From Diplonema japonicum (Eukaryota > Protista > Euglenozoa: Diplonemea), in NCBI GenBank assembly GCA_964019335.1, contig OZ025745.1:248001-312000 (forward strand): a stretch of 64,000 nt of DNA, read 5' to 3'. Positions 1 through 10,723 of the stretch are shown here, in pieces; position 1 is the stretch's first letter; the number at the start of each line of letters is the position of its first letter. The position numbers were made by a program, and so were the translations under genes. The notes under the pieces were generated by a model. That model ran no database searches. It worked only from the letters and a program-made list of their open reading frames with translations, and was not told the origin of the DNA.

Positions 1-62
1 CTACCCCGTGCCCCCATCATTTTCTTTTTTTTTCTTCTTTTTTTGCTGGGCAGAAAGAATCA

Positions 63-109
<47 letters not shown>

Positions 110-437
110 AATCTCGGAACGGGAGTCCCTTCACCGTGCGTAAAGGGCAAAAGAAAAAAAAAAAGAATAATACACCGTCCTGGATTTTTTCATTTTTCAT
201 TTTTTTTTTTCCCCTAAAAAAACAATCCCCCCCCCCCCCCCCCCCCTTCACACGCAATGTCAAAAGAAAAAAAAAATCTAACCGCGCCCCGTACTACAGG
301 TCGCGAGAATATGAAAAAAAAAAAAAAAAAACTCAAGTACAGGACAAGCCCCCCGCTAGAGGGCCGCCCTATGGGAGGGGGGTCTATCTGTTAATACTCC
401 CCTTCTGGAGCAAAAAAAAAAAAAAAGAGAGAGACTA

Positions 438-706
438 TTTAAGGGTGCCTGCAGTATGTGGCAGGGCGCCCTGCACAGTATCGTCTACTTGATTACAGGG
501 GGCGCGCCTCGGCCTAGTTGTAGCTTCTTCTGCGTTCCGCGTCGTGTCCTCAATGCGTGCGGTGTGCAACTCAACCCCAGCCATGGTGCCCCCGGTAACC
601 AAGATTCTGAGCCCGTGCAGTTTGCTGCCTGTTCGTCACCCTGAGCATCTGCGTTACGTTCTTCCACTCGGGCGCTACCGGTGATGACCGACGTGGAGGT
701 CAACAC
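438..706. repeat. Dispersed repeat family member (copies at 12125-12262 and partly 47854-47880)
   Basis: TCTACTTGATTACAGGGGGCGC...GGTAACCAAGATTCTG aligns by eye with 12126-12240; CCTGCAGTATGTG recurs near 47862. Confidence 0.8.
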
Positions 707-789
707 ATCTGATGTACTTCTTTATATTTCCATATTTCTGTGTTATCCCCACCACCCAAAAAAAAAAAAAATTCAGAATCCGCTTTTCA

Positions 790-1944
790 TCACTCCCGGG
801 TTTTCTGAAGGAGGATCATGTCCATAAGGGTGATCGACGCCATGGCCTCCACAATGGGCACAGCACGGTTCACGACGCACGGGTCGTGGCGACCCTTTGC
901 CTCCAAGGTGGCCTCCGTCCCCGCCATGTCGGTGGTGGTCTGCGCCCTGGAGATGGTGGCGGGCGGCTTGAACGCAACGGTGAAGTAAATAGCCTGCCCG
1001 TTAGTGATGCCCCCCTGTATCCCCCCGCTGTTGTTCGTCGTTGTGGACAAGGGACCCTTTTGCGCACCATGCGAAGGCTGAGGCCCCTTCTCCCTATGGC
1101 AGAAGGCGTCGTTGTGCGAACTACCGGTCTCCTGCGCACCTCTGAAACCAGACCCAACCTCAAACCCCTTAGTGGCGGGAATCGACAGCATGGCGTGCGC
1201 AAGCATAGCTTCCATTTTGTCAAAGCATGGTTCGCCAAGCCCATCGGGCACACCCCGAACAACACATGTCACACAGCCCCCTACAGAGTCGCCTTGATCC
1301 TTGAGACCAGTCACGATGTCAGTAATCTGTGCAGCAATGGCATCGTCAGGGCAGCGCGTCATCGACTTGTCAACCTCATCACGTGAGATAGTCAGCATCT
1401 TGTCAGCCGGCATGTCGTAGGTGAGGGTCCCGACTCGGGAGACCCATGCAACTATCTCGATGGATGGGTACTTCTCTTTGAAGTATGCTTCTGCGATGCC
1501 TCCTGCTATGACGCGGCCGATGGTTTCACGCGCGCTTGACCTGCCGCCTCCTGAGCTTGCGTGGATGCCGTATTTCACCCGGTAGGTGTAGTCGGCATGG
1601 GATGGGCGGGGGACGAATTTGTCTTCTGTTTTCGTGCGTTTCGCAGCTTGATCTTCCTGGAACTGGTAGTCTCCCGGACGTTGGTCTTTGTTCCTTACCA
1701 TCGCGCCGATGGGTGTCCCCAGAGAGACGCCCTTTTCAACGCCGGAGAGGAGCGTCACCTCGTCTGCTTCGTTTCTTGCCGTGGCGAGTTTGCTCTGTCC
1801 CGGTCTTCTCCTTGTCAGTTGCGGTTGTACCATTTCCTCTGTGAGCGGGATCTTGCCGGGCAGACCGTCCACAATGCACCCTACGCCTGGGCAGTGGCTT
1901 TCTCCGAAGGTTGTCACCCGGAAGGCTCGGCCGAAGGTGCTCAT
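790..1944 (-). CDS. aroC: Chorismate synthase
   Basis: 384-aa intronless ORF with signature motifs TTFGESH, PRPSHAD, GGGRSSARET, NNSGGIQGGITNG and GRHDPCV; ATG preceded by an A-run. Confidence 0.97.
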   Translation of the reverse strand: MSTFGRAFRVTTFGESHCPGVGCIVDGLPGKIPLTEEMVQPQLTRRRPGQSKLATARNEADEVTLLSGVEKGVSLGTPIGAMVRNKDQRPGDYQFQEDQAAKRTKTEDKFVPRPSHADYTYRVKYGIHASSGGGRSSARETIGRVIAGGIAEAYFKEKYPSIEIVAWVSRVGTLTYDMPADKMLTISRDEVDKSMTRCPDDAIAAQITDIVTGLKDQGDSVGGCVTCVVRGVPDGLGEPCFDKMEAMLAHAMLSIPATKGFEVGSGFRGAQETGSSHNDAFCHREKGPQPSHGAQKGPLSTTTNNSGGIQGGITNGQAIYFTVAFKPPATISRAQTTTDMAGTEATLEAKGRHDPCVVNRAVPIVEAMASITLMDMILLQKTRE

Positions 1945-1975
1945 TTTTTTTTTTTTTTTTTTTTTTTTCCCCGCT

Positions 1976-2006
<31 letters not shown>

Positions 2007-2615
2007 GACTCGGAGGAAAAAAAGAAGAAGAAGAAAACAGGTTTTTATGTCATTGTGCAAAGCCCCACTCTATGTCCAACAAATGCTAGCTTTGCCATTC
2101 CGAACAACATTAGCATCGCTACTGTCTCTGCCATCCCGGACGGAAGGGTTTTTTCAATTTGAAAAAAAAAAAAACTTCCTCCCTTCCCCCGCCTGCCGTG
2201 ACACGGAAGTCCTGCATGGTGGTGTTTTTGACAATGCAAAGAGAAAAAGAAAGATAAAAAGGGGGGGATGGATCACTAAAAGGGTTTTTTTTTTTCTTTT
2301 TTTTTTCTTGCAGCGCGAAAAGAGGGCGGACAGGTGCAGGAATCAAAGGCATGCGACTCACTGCTATGCTGAGGGGAAAGAGCAAAACTGCCCAACGCGA
2401 CCTCTAACGAAAAAAGAAAAAAAAAAAAAAAAATGAGCTTGGCAAGGAGCGTCATCGAAAAGAGAAATAAGAAAAAAAAAGAGTCGGTGTTTGGTTGTTA
2501 TACAAATCAGTCAACCTGCCGAAAGGTTAACCAACAAGTTGCCACTACTCTTTTCTTTAATGATGGGGGGGGCAAAAAAAAATAACAAAAAAAAAAAAAC
2601 AACACTTACACCACC

Positions 2616-5026
2616 TCAAATCTGGCGCTTACGGGACCAAACGGTGTTCTCGCCATCGCTCTCAAGCGATAGCTCACCCTTTTTGCTTATTTTCGCTGCG
2701 AAAGTAGGTGCGTGGGGCTTGCTCAGTTCCTTGAGGTTGCTGCTGTGATGAGGCTTCAACGAAAGCTGTTAAGTAGTATAATCCTTCCCCCCCCCCCCCC
2801 CCTTCCCCCATACCATTCCAAGCTTCTGGTCATATTTGATGCCACCTGCACGGCTCGTTAATACGGTAACTGGGCCTTTTTCCGTGTGGAGCTATTTTTT
2901 TTTTTTTTTTTTTTTTTTTTTCCCATCTTGTTGTATACCACAGAAGAACCCTCCTTGCCAGCACCAAATATCGTTTGATCGAAACAACCTTCTGAAGTAA
3001 AAGTCATTATTCCTGACACCTCAGGATACTTCTGCCCGTTTAGCTCCACCAAGTAGTACCTCTGGCTGAAGTCTGCCTTCACAGCAACCCGCACACCATC
3101 CACGAACTCAGGGAGCTCCTCCTTCGGCTTCTCCTTTTTGTCATCTTTCTTTGGTTTCTCGGTTTTCTTCTCATCTTTTTTCTTCGGTTCCTTTGCCTTC
3201 TTGTCCTTCCCCTTGGGCGCCTCTTCCGCTTCCTTCGCCTTCGCTGCCTGCTCGGGGGTCACCGCAAGGTTCAACACAGGGAACAGAACCTTCATCTTTA
3301 GGTCGCCGTGTTCTGCCCAGTCGCCCTCCTTGATCTTCTGCCCTGCGGTCAAATTGAGGAAGTCTGACCGAAGGGATTTGATGGAACCTTTTTGCTTGAG
3401 CTTGTCAAAGATGAGGGAGCATGTTATGGGCAGGAACGGGGCAAGGAAGTGCGCCAGCACGTACACCACCTCAAGAGACAACCTCAGGACGGAGCGACGC
3501 TCGGCTGCACGGTCGTCTCCCTGTGGATTATGTTGTTTTGGAAGTACAAATGCACACCTTCATCTTCCAGGGCTCGGCTGCTGCCAACCACGAGTTGGTC
3601 TTCCTTGCTGCTGTCATGATCTCCTGCAGCGCTTCCTTGGTTTTGAAGGACGCCATGCAATCCTCAACGTTGTCCCTCAGCTCGTCGAGGTCGAAGGGCG
3701 CCTTCATGTCACCCACAAACTGCGTTTTTTTTTTTTTTTTTTTTTTTTTCTTTTCTTCCCCCCTTCTTTTTTTTAAAATACCTCTGGGACCTCCCACTCG
3801 TGTCCCTTTTCCTTGCCGAGCAGCGAGGTGGCCCTCTGACTGAGGTTCCCGATTGTGTCTGCGAGGTCGTTGTTGTGCGCGTTGACAAGGTTTTGCTCGG
3901 AACATTTCAAATCCGCACCGTTGGCCGCCTCGTAGATAATGTAGAACCTCACCGAGTCCGCTGGGTAGCTATCGAGAATCGCGTTGGGGCAGATCACGTT
4001 CCCAAGCGACTTGGACATCTTCCTGCCTTCACCGTCCATCACGAAACCATGCCCGCAGACTGTCTTGGGGAGGGGAAGCCCGGCAGACATCAACATAGCA
4101 GGCCAGTAGATACAATGGAACCTTGTGATGTCCTTACCAATGATGTGAACATCGGCAGGCCACAGACCAGTGCGGTCGGGGTTTTGTTGGTCTTCCGGGA
4201 GAAGAATGTTGGTGGCGGACAGGTAGTTTGTGAGCGCGTCAAACCAGACATACATAACATGCTTGTCCTCGAAACCCTCGGGGAGCTTGATGCCCCAGTC
4301 GAAGGTGGTTCGAGACACGCAGAGGTCAGGCACTTTTTCGGTGTTTGCGAGCATGTTAAGAACCTCGGTCTTACGGGATTCGGGTTGAATGAACTCTGGG
4401 TTCGACTCGATGTGGTCCTTCACAGACGACGCGAATTTTGAGAGTTTGAAGAAATAACATTTTTCCGAGACCTTCTTGAGCGGTTCACCGTAGGCATCCT
4501 TGTAGTCGTCCTTCAGGGCGTCTACGTCCGTCACAAACATTTCCTCGCGCACGTTGTACCACCCTGTGTACTCTGCGAGGTAGATGTCGCCTGCCTTGAA
4601 GCATCGCTGCCACAGTTCTCTGCAGGAGTCTTCGTGGTACTCGTCAGTGGTGCGGATGTACTCATCGTTTGAGATGCTGAGTCTGTTGTTCAGAGATTGG
4701 AACTTTTCCACCCACATGTCGCAGTGCGCCTTCGGGGTTTCCTTTGACAATTCTGCCGCCTGTGCTATTTTCTGTCCATGCTCGTCTGTCCCGGTCAGGA
4801 AGAACACCTTTCTCCCATATATCCTGTTGTACCTGGCAATCACGTCCGCCATCAGGGCTTCATACGCGTGGCCGATGTGGGGCGGGCCGTTTGTGTAACT
4901 GATCGCAGTTGTGATGTAAAACTTCTCGCTCGCACCCTCCAGGTTCACGGAACCATGCAGACTTCCCACAGGCGGCACAGGGAACGCCTGGTACGTCCCT
5001 GCCTTTGCACTGACCTTGACAGCCAT
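2616..5026 (-). CDS. MARS: Methionyl-tRNA synthetase, 5 exons (about 738 aa), with C-terminal lipocalin-like extension
   Basis: YITTAISYTNGPPHIGH (HIGH), TGTDEHGQK, YVWFDAL, IGKDI and KMSKS motifs. Exons 5026-3782, 3719-3558, 3520-2939, 2891-2814 and 2765-2616 are joined by GT-AG introns (3720-3781, 3521-3557, 2892-2938, 2766-2813) and keep frame. Confidence 0.93.
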
Positions 5027-5050
5027 TTTTTTTTTTTCTTTTTATATTCC

Positions 5051-5320
5051 ACTCTTCTGAAATTACGTAATTCACGCTAACCCCCCCCTCCCCCCATTGG
5101 TGAATTAAGGAAAGACGCCAGATATGCCTCGGGTATCCCACCCGAAGGGATACACCCCCCCTTTTTTTTAAAAGTGAAATGCCATAGCAAAAGAAAGCGG
5201 GAAGGACCGGGAAGAAGTCCGAGCCGTCTGCCATAGCTGCTGCGAAGAAGGGACATCAGCTAACGAGCTAATGATCTACATCACGCGGGCACGTTACCCT
5301 TGTCAAGGAAATAACGAGTA
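5051..5320. mobile_element. Degenerate relative of the 20561-21140 element, immediately upstream of MetRS
   Basis: Shares ACTCTTC(T/A)GAAATTAC...TTCACGC, ATATGCCTCGG and ACCCTTGTCA motifs in the same order. Confidence 0.4.
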
Positions 5321-5521
5321 AAAAAAAAAACCCTTCCCACAGGCGGCACAGGGAACGCCTGGTAACGTCCCTGCCCTTTTTCCCCTTCGTCGCGGGTTTT
5401 GAAGAAAAAAAAAGAAGAAAAAAGATGCACTGTGTTAGAAAGGGGGGGGGGGGGGGGGAATTAAACGAGGGTGGGGGTAGGGGGGTACTTCTCTCTTTTG
5501 TTTTCATTCCCGCCTCCTCCT

Positions 5522-8500
5522 TCAAAATACACCAAGCCGTATTCCAACTGCAGGGTCGCCAGCAACCCCGTCGTCTTGCAAGGTAAAGGACGGGGAGATG
5601 GAAACAGCAGCCACCGTATTCGTTTCCTTTGAATCGTAGTGGGCGTAGGCAGGACACGACGGCAGGGCGGGACCCAATGTGCATCCAGACACGGAGAGTT
5701 GTTTCGACGGGGCAAACGGTTTACGAACGAAGTTCATGATGTCCAGGTGGGCGTTTCCATGGAAAAGTGTCGAGGTAGAAACAAGCTTTCCGGAGGAAAG
5801 CTTCATGTAGTTGTCCCCATATCGAAGGCCGACCATGTTGAAAGCGAGCAGGCTGCGTTCGACGTGCCCGGACGCTGTCTTTTCAGAGTAACCCATTTCA
5901 ACTCCTTGTTGACACCTGATGATGACGCTGTCGGTGATGGTGGCAACCCGATCGACGCCGGATAGGGCAACGCCTTCATGTTGGCAGGCATCGATGATCG
6001 TTCCGGTGATTTTCAATGTCCCGCCTTTTTTTTTTATCGATGAAGGTGTGCCGCTGTCGATTCCGTCATCGGCGGTGTACGCCACCACGCTGTCTTGAAC
6101 AATATGGTCGCCCCCTGAGAGGTATAGACCATCGTTGTCGCCGTCTGTGTAGGTTGCATCGTGTTTGTTCGGGATGTTCATTACAGAAGAGCTTTTGAAA
6201 GAGAATTTGCAGATTTTACATTCGCCGCCTTGTTGAACGTTAGATATCACGGTGTTGTGTATCGATATGTCTGCGTGTTTTCCGGCTCCGAAACCGGGTC
6301 CTTTACACTCTACGATTCCAGATTGGTCCATGTTTAGTTTTCCTCCCTCCGCGACGCTGATCGCGGGTGTTTCCTTCCGGTGGGAACCCGTTTCCGGGAT
6401 TCTTTTAAATGCTGTCCCGCCTGTTCCCGAGATAACGGTGTGTTCGGTTTTCAGTTTCCCGTACACGGCGAACCCGCCCCACCATGAGCTTCTGGTGTGC
6501 GGTGCAAAGTATACAGGGGATGCTTCGGTTCCTTTGATGTCGAGGGTGCCGTGGATGGTAAGGCGCCCAGTGGGTTTCGACGAGATGAAGACACCGCTTG
6601 GGATGGTCACGGTGGTACCTTCTGCGATTGTAACATGCTCGCTGAGAGTGTAACATGTGTCCTCTGAAAACTCGGTGCCCGCGGTGAAAACCGAGCATTT
6701 TTTTGAAAAAGACCCGGGTTTTTGGTCGCGGCGAATTTCAAACGATGCCAGACCAACCTCCTCGTCAATGTTGGAGTTTTCCGTGTCTCCTTTAACATAT
6801 ACAGCTGCTGCTCCGTAGGTCAGTTCCGGGTGTTTGTCGTCTTCGCTTTTTTTAAGGTTTTTCCGAACCCACCGCCCGTTGTGTTCTGTGAGGCGGTAGA
6901 TTATCGGAAACCCCTGCGTGCTGTGAGGGATGTGTTTCGGTATTGTGACTGTGATTTTTTCGTTTTCTTTGTTGTGGAAATCGTGTGCTTTTAAAGGCCG
7001 CTTGTAAGGCGGGACACCCCACTCCGCGCCGCCGCGTGCTTTATCGCGGACGATGAAGGGATCCCCGCAGGGTTTTACGCAAAACCCGCCGCCTTCCGAC
7101 GTGGAAAATTCCTCCCCCTCCCATTTCTTCTCCTTATCTATGGAAACAACAGAATTACCGCCGGACAGGGAGAACGCACTGTGTTTTGAAAATTCTTTTT
7201 TCGGAGGTTTTTGACAAGCCTCGTGTGTGGTCATGCCCCCGCCGAGCTCGGACGACAAAAATTCATAACGGTTTTTAAAATCTTTTTTGAGCATCTCGGC
7301 ACCCTTAGTCACGTCGGGCATCTTTTCATTAGCCTCAAAGCTTCCCTTAGAAACCACGGGATCAGCAAAATATCGCAGGAGGGACTCTAAAACGGAATCC
7401 ACGGCAGTGTTCCACCGGTCGGGAGTGGCGAAGGTTGAGAGTGAGCACTTCAAAATCTTCTTGTATGACGCGAAGAGAGAAGGCGTGGCGAGGATCTTCC
7501 TGTCGAAGTCTGCCTCAGCACAGTACAGCAGCGGCTCGTTTTTGATTGCAAACTTCCCGTCCTTGTGGCAGCTTTGGAATACTGTGTCGAAATCCCAAGC
7601 GTGGATTTTAATACCGCCCTGTTCATCCTTGATCAAGAACACTTCATCGTCATAATCACCATTCATTAGCAGACTATTCAACCCCATCCATGTGAGGTAC
7701 TGCACACCATCTAGAACCCTCTTGTCCCCGATTAGTTTTTCAGCAAAAATCTCGTTCTTCACCAAAGCGAGGTTTTTGTACAACCCTGACAGGGTGGAGT
7801 TCCCTTTGAACGACGGGAAATGGATCACATCGTAAAACGCGGGTTTAGGATGGTAACGCCACACCCGCGCACCGATTTCTATCGTGCTGTCTGCGGTGAA
7901 GGTGTGCTGGTCCCTGCCGGTGTTCAAGCATGATGTGAACGCTGCTGGTGGAACACCTAGTTTGTCAATATTCCGGTGAATCGCATTGCTCGGAAACTCT
8001 ATGAGGAGGTACACACCGAAGCTTGGTTTTTCGGTGCACACTTTGTGTCCTGTGCATTTTACTTCTATTAGTTTAGTGTATGGTGTCCATATCCCGGTGT
8101 TTTCCAAGAATTTTGCGGTGGACGCATATGCAAGTCGATGTGTGTCTTCCCATAAGGACATCAGCATGAATTTGGTTAAAGGCGGGCTGTTATGTGCAAC
8201 GCGTAGGGTTTCTCCGGGGTTTGTGGTGACGAGGAGCGACCGCCGTTTTGCCAGCCGGAGTTTTGCGGAGGATTTCCCCCAGAATGTTAACCGGGCGTTT
8301 GTGGAAGCCGTGGTCTTGCCGTTGATCGTCAAGGCGGTGGGTTCGCCCTCGAAAACCGCTCCTTTCTCACCCGTGAAGCTCCCCCAGGCCTTTCCCATAC
8401 CAGGGGTGAACGACATTTCTAATATTGTTTTGTCAGACAATTCGTTAGCCTTACCACTGGATATTGGCGGTGGTAGGACGGGAGGAGAAGAAGAAGAGGA

Positions 8501-8656
8501 AGAAGAAGTTGTTGGGAAAGGAGAAGCTGTTGCCGGTGTGCTTCGCGCCACCACGAACACCCACAATATCAATACAATCGCCATGCACAAAACAATTCCC
8601 TTTTGAAGATTTACAACCGGCCGACGCTTTCCCGGTCGGTAGTGGTGTGGGCGCAT
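5522..8656 (-). CDS. Type II membrane protein: CotH-like kinase domain plus right-handed beta-helix domain
   Basis: 1044-aa intronless ORF. N-terminal TM (GIVLCMAIVLILWVFVVA) and Ser/Pro stalk; CotH-like motifs GVYLLIE, LLMNGDYDDEVFL and IHAWDFD; C-terminal beta-helix-type repeats (GDNDGLYLSGG, ADDGIDSG, HEGVALSG, QQGVEMG). Confidence 0.75.
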   Translation of the reverse strand: MRPHHYRPGKRRPVVNLQKGIVLCMAIVLILWVFVVARSTPATASPFPTTSSSSSSSPPVLPPPISSGKANELSDKTILEMSFTPGMGKAWGSFTGEKGAVFEGEPTALTINGKTTASTNARLTFWGKSSAKLRLAKRRSLLVTTNPGETLRVAHNSPPLTKFMLMSLWEDTHRLAYASTAKFLENTGIWTPYTKLIEVKCTGHKVCTEKPSFGVYLLIEFPSNAIHRNIDKLGVPPAAFTSCLNTGRDQHTFTADSTIEIGARVWRYHPKPAFYDVIHFPSFKGNSTLSGLYKNLALVKNEIFAEKLIGDKRVLDGVQYLTWMGLNSLLMNGDYDDEVFLIKDEQGGIKIHAWDFDTVFQSCHKDGKFAIKNEPLLYCAEADFDRKILATPSLFASYKKILKCSLSTFATPDRWNTAVDSVLESLLRYFADPVVSKGSFEANEKMPDVTKGAEMLKKDFKNRYEFLSSELGGGMTTHEACQKPPKKEFSKHSAFSLSGGNSVVSIDKEKKWEGEEFSTSEGGGFCVKPCGDPFIVRDKARGGAEWGVPPYKRPLKAHDFHNKENEKITVTIPKHIPHSTQGFPIIYRLTEHNGRWVRKNLKKSEDDKHPELTYGAAAVYVKGDTENSNIDEEVGLASFEIRRDQKPGSFSKKCSVFTAGTEFSEDTCYTLSEHVTIAEGTTVTIPSGVFISSKPTGRLTIHGTLDIKGTEASPVYFAPHTRSSWWGGFAVYGKLKTEHTVISGTGGTAFKRIPETGSHRKETPAISVAEGGKLNMDQSGIVECKGPGFGAGKHADISIHNTVISNVQQGGECKICKFSFKSSSVMNIPNKHDATYTDGDNDGLYLSGGDHIVQDSVVAYTADDGIDSGTPSSIKKKGGTLKITGTIIDACQHEGVALSGVDRVATITDSVIIRCQQGVEMGYSEKTASGHVERSLLAFNMVGLRYGDNYMKLSSGKLVSTSTLFHGNAHLDIMNFVRKPFAPSKQLSVSGCTLGPALPSCPAYAHYDSKETNTVAAVSISPSFTLQDDGVAGDPAVGIRLGVF

Positions 8657-8743
8657 TTTTTTTTTTTTTTTTTTTTTTTCCCTCCCTGGGAAAGTTTAAA
8701 AAAAAAAAAAGTTGGGGAAGGGAGGGGAGGACATGGGGTATAA

Positions 8744-8995
8744 CTATATTTCCTCTAGGTTAATGTCCACCACTTTGATGGCCAGCGAACAAGTGGGGCA
8801 CACCAGGATTGTCATTCCGCTTTTTAGTTCCCCTTTGCTCACTGCGAAGATATCGCCACAGGGACAGTCATACCAGTACAGCTCCTCGTCTTCATCCCAC
8901 TCCATGTTGTTCATGGAGACGTCCTCATATATTTCATGATCTGCTTTGATATCGCATTCCTTAATGGCTAGATTGTCAGGGATACTCGCGAGCAT
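8744..8995 (-). CDS. DPH3: Diphthamide biosynthesis protein 3 (CSL zinc finger, KTI11)
   Basis: YEDVSMNNMEWDEDEELYWYDCPCGD...CPTCSLAIKV; start taken at MLASIPDN (ATG 8995), 83 aa. Confidence 0.93.
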   Translation of the reverse strand: MLASIPDNLAIKECDIKADHEIYEDVSMNNMEWDEDEELYWYDCPCGDIFAVSKGELKSGMTILVCPTCSLAIKVVDINLEEI

Positions 8996-10723
8996 AATTT
9001 TCTTTTCCTTCTCCCTCCGTGTTTTGTGGACCTTTGTAGTAATTACAAAAAAGGAAGAAGATAAAGGAAGAATTTTAAAAAAAAAGAAAACCGGAAAGAG
9101 TCTGCGTAAAAAACAAAAGAAGAAAAAAAAAACAAAAAGTTTGTGGTGGTTGGTGGAAGGGGGAGACAATAGACCAACAAAGAAGTCAGCAATGGGGATG
9201 AGAGAGGGGGAAGGAATTTGCTTGAAAAAAAAAAAGAAAAAAGAAAAAAAAAAAAGGAAAACAAAAAGAACAGAGAGGAAGGGGAGAAAAAAAAAAGGGG
9301 GTGAGGGAAAAAAAGGGGGGGTTTTTTACCGGAAAAAAAAGGGAGGGGGAAAAAAAAAAGGGGGGGGGAAACCGCAACGCATTTCCAGTCAAGGAGAGCG
9401 TTTCAATGCATTAATCTCCATTCAGATATATAAAAAAAAAGGGGGAATTATGCTTCTTATTTTTCTTCTTTCCCCCCCCGTTCCTCCATCTTTTCTTTTG
9501 TTTCCTCCCCCTCCTGTCTTCCAACACTTGAATATAAAAAAAAAAAAAAAAAAAAAAAAACCAAATTTAAAAAACCCCTTGCGGTCACTCCCCTCCCCTC
9601 TCCTTCGTTTGTGTTTTTTTTTTCTTTTTTTCTTCTTCTTTTTTTTTCCTTCTTTTTTTTTTCTTCTGTTTTCTTCTGTTTCTTTTTTCGAATTTTATTT
9701 CTCCTGCTGTGAGCCCTTTTCAAAGGTTATTTACTCTTTTTTTTTCTTTTTTTTTTTTTTTTTTTGGGAGCATCCCAAGAGGGGCTTACTAATGCGCCAA
9801 AATCACTTCTTGGCTACAGGAGTTCCTTTCTCTGAAGAAGAGAAAACAGCACCATTGAAGAGAAAAGCAAAAAAAAAAGGGGGGGGGAAGGCTTTCCCCT
9901 TTTCGTAAAACTTAGTCTCTACCGGTCACTCTTTTTTAAAAAAAAAAAAAAAAAAAAAAAGGGAGATGGGGGGTAAGAAATAGAGGAAGTGGCAATTTGA
10001 AGACTCCAGAGAATGTCAAAGAGGAACTGGCCGTTGTAAGTGCCGAAACAAAGTACAAGGTGTCAAAAAAAAGATTTCTTAAATTCGCCACAATGTCACT
10101 CTTCCACTCCGTAAGGCCGCGAGAACCTAAAGGCATTAAAGACTCGCTTTGCTACAATTTTTTTTTCTTTTTTTTTTATTTTTTTGTTGTTGTTGTTGTT
10201 GCTTTGTTGGTATGGTCTTGTTCTCCGCAAATAAAAAAATTTAAAAAAAGTTCAGATGGGCTTCTGACTTTTTCGGAATATAAAGAGAACTACCCCCCCC
10301 CCCCCCCATCACTACTCTTTGTTGAGAAATAAAAAAAATTGGAGACAAAAAAAGACCAAAAAGTCTTTTGCCATTTTTTTTTTTTTTTTTTTTGCACACC
10401 CTCTCTCTCTTTTTTCGCCCCCTTCTGGTTTAAAAAAAAAAAAAGAAAAAAAAAAAAAAAAAAAAAAAACTTAGATTCACAGTGATGGCCGCTAAAGTGT
10501 CATTGCGACCCTTTGGCGACCGGGGTGGGGGAAGGGGGAAAAAAAAAAAAAGTTTCACTATGATTGACAATTGACCCTTCGTCGTTTCGTTTCCCTATCA
10601 TAGTGGAATTTCTTTTTCCATTTTTTTTTTTTTTCTTTTCCATTTTTTTTTCTTTTTCCCCCTTATGATAATTATCGATATAACAAGTGTCCTCTGTTTC
10701 ATCATGTTAATAAAAAGTATTAA

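Noticed and set aside
2892-2938. Non-canonical (non GT-AG) euglenid/diplonemid-type introns
   Set aside because: All introns examined can be assigned in-phase GT and AG ends.
2616-5026. Frameshifted pseudogenes, programmed frameshifting or a variant genetic code in MetRS, PFK2 and ATG3
   Set aside because: Every break is resolved by a canonical GT-AG intron that restores conserved sequence.
8946-9908. Poly-Lys/poly-Phe ORFs such as 8946-9908, 45652-46641 and 57632-58249
   Set aside because: Artefacts of stop-poor homopolymer spacers; no coding character.
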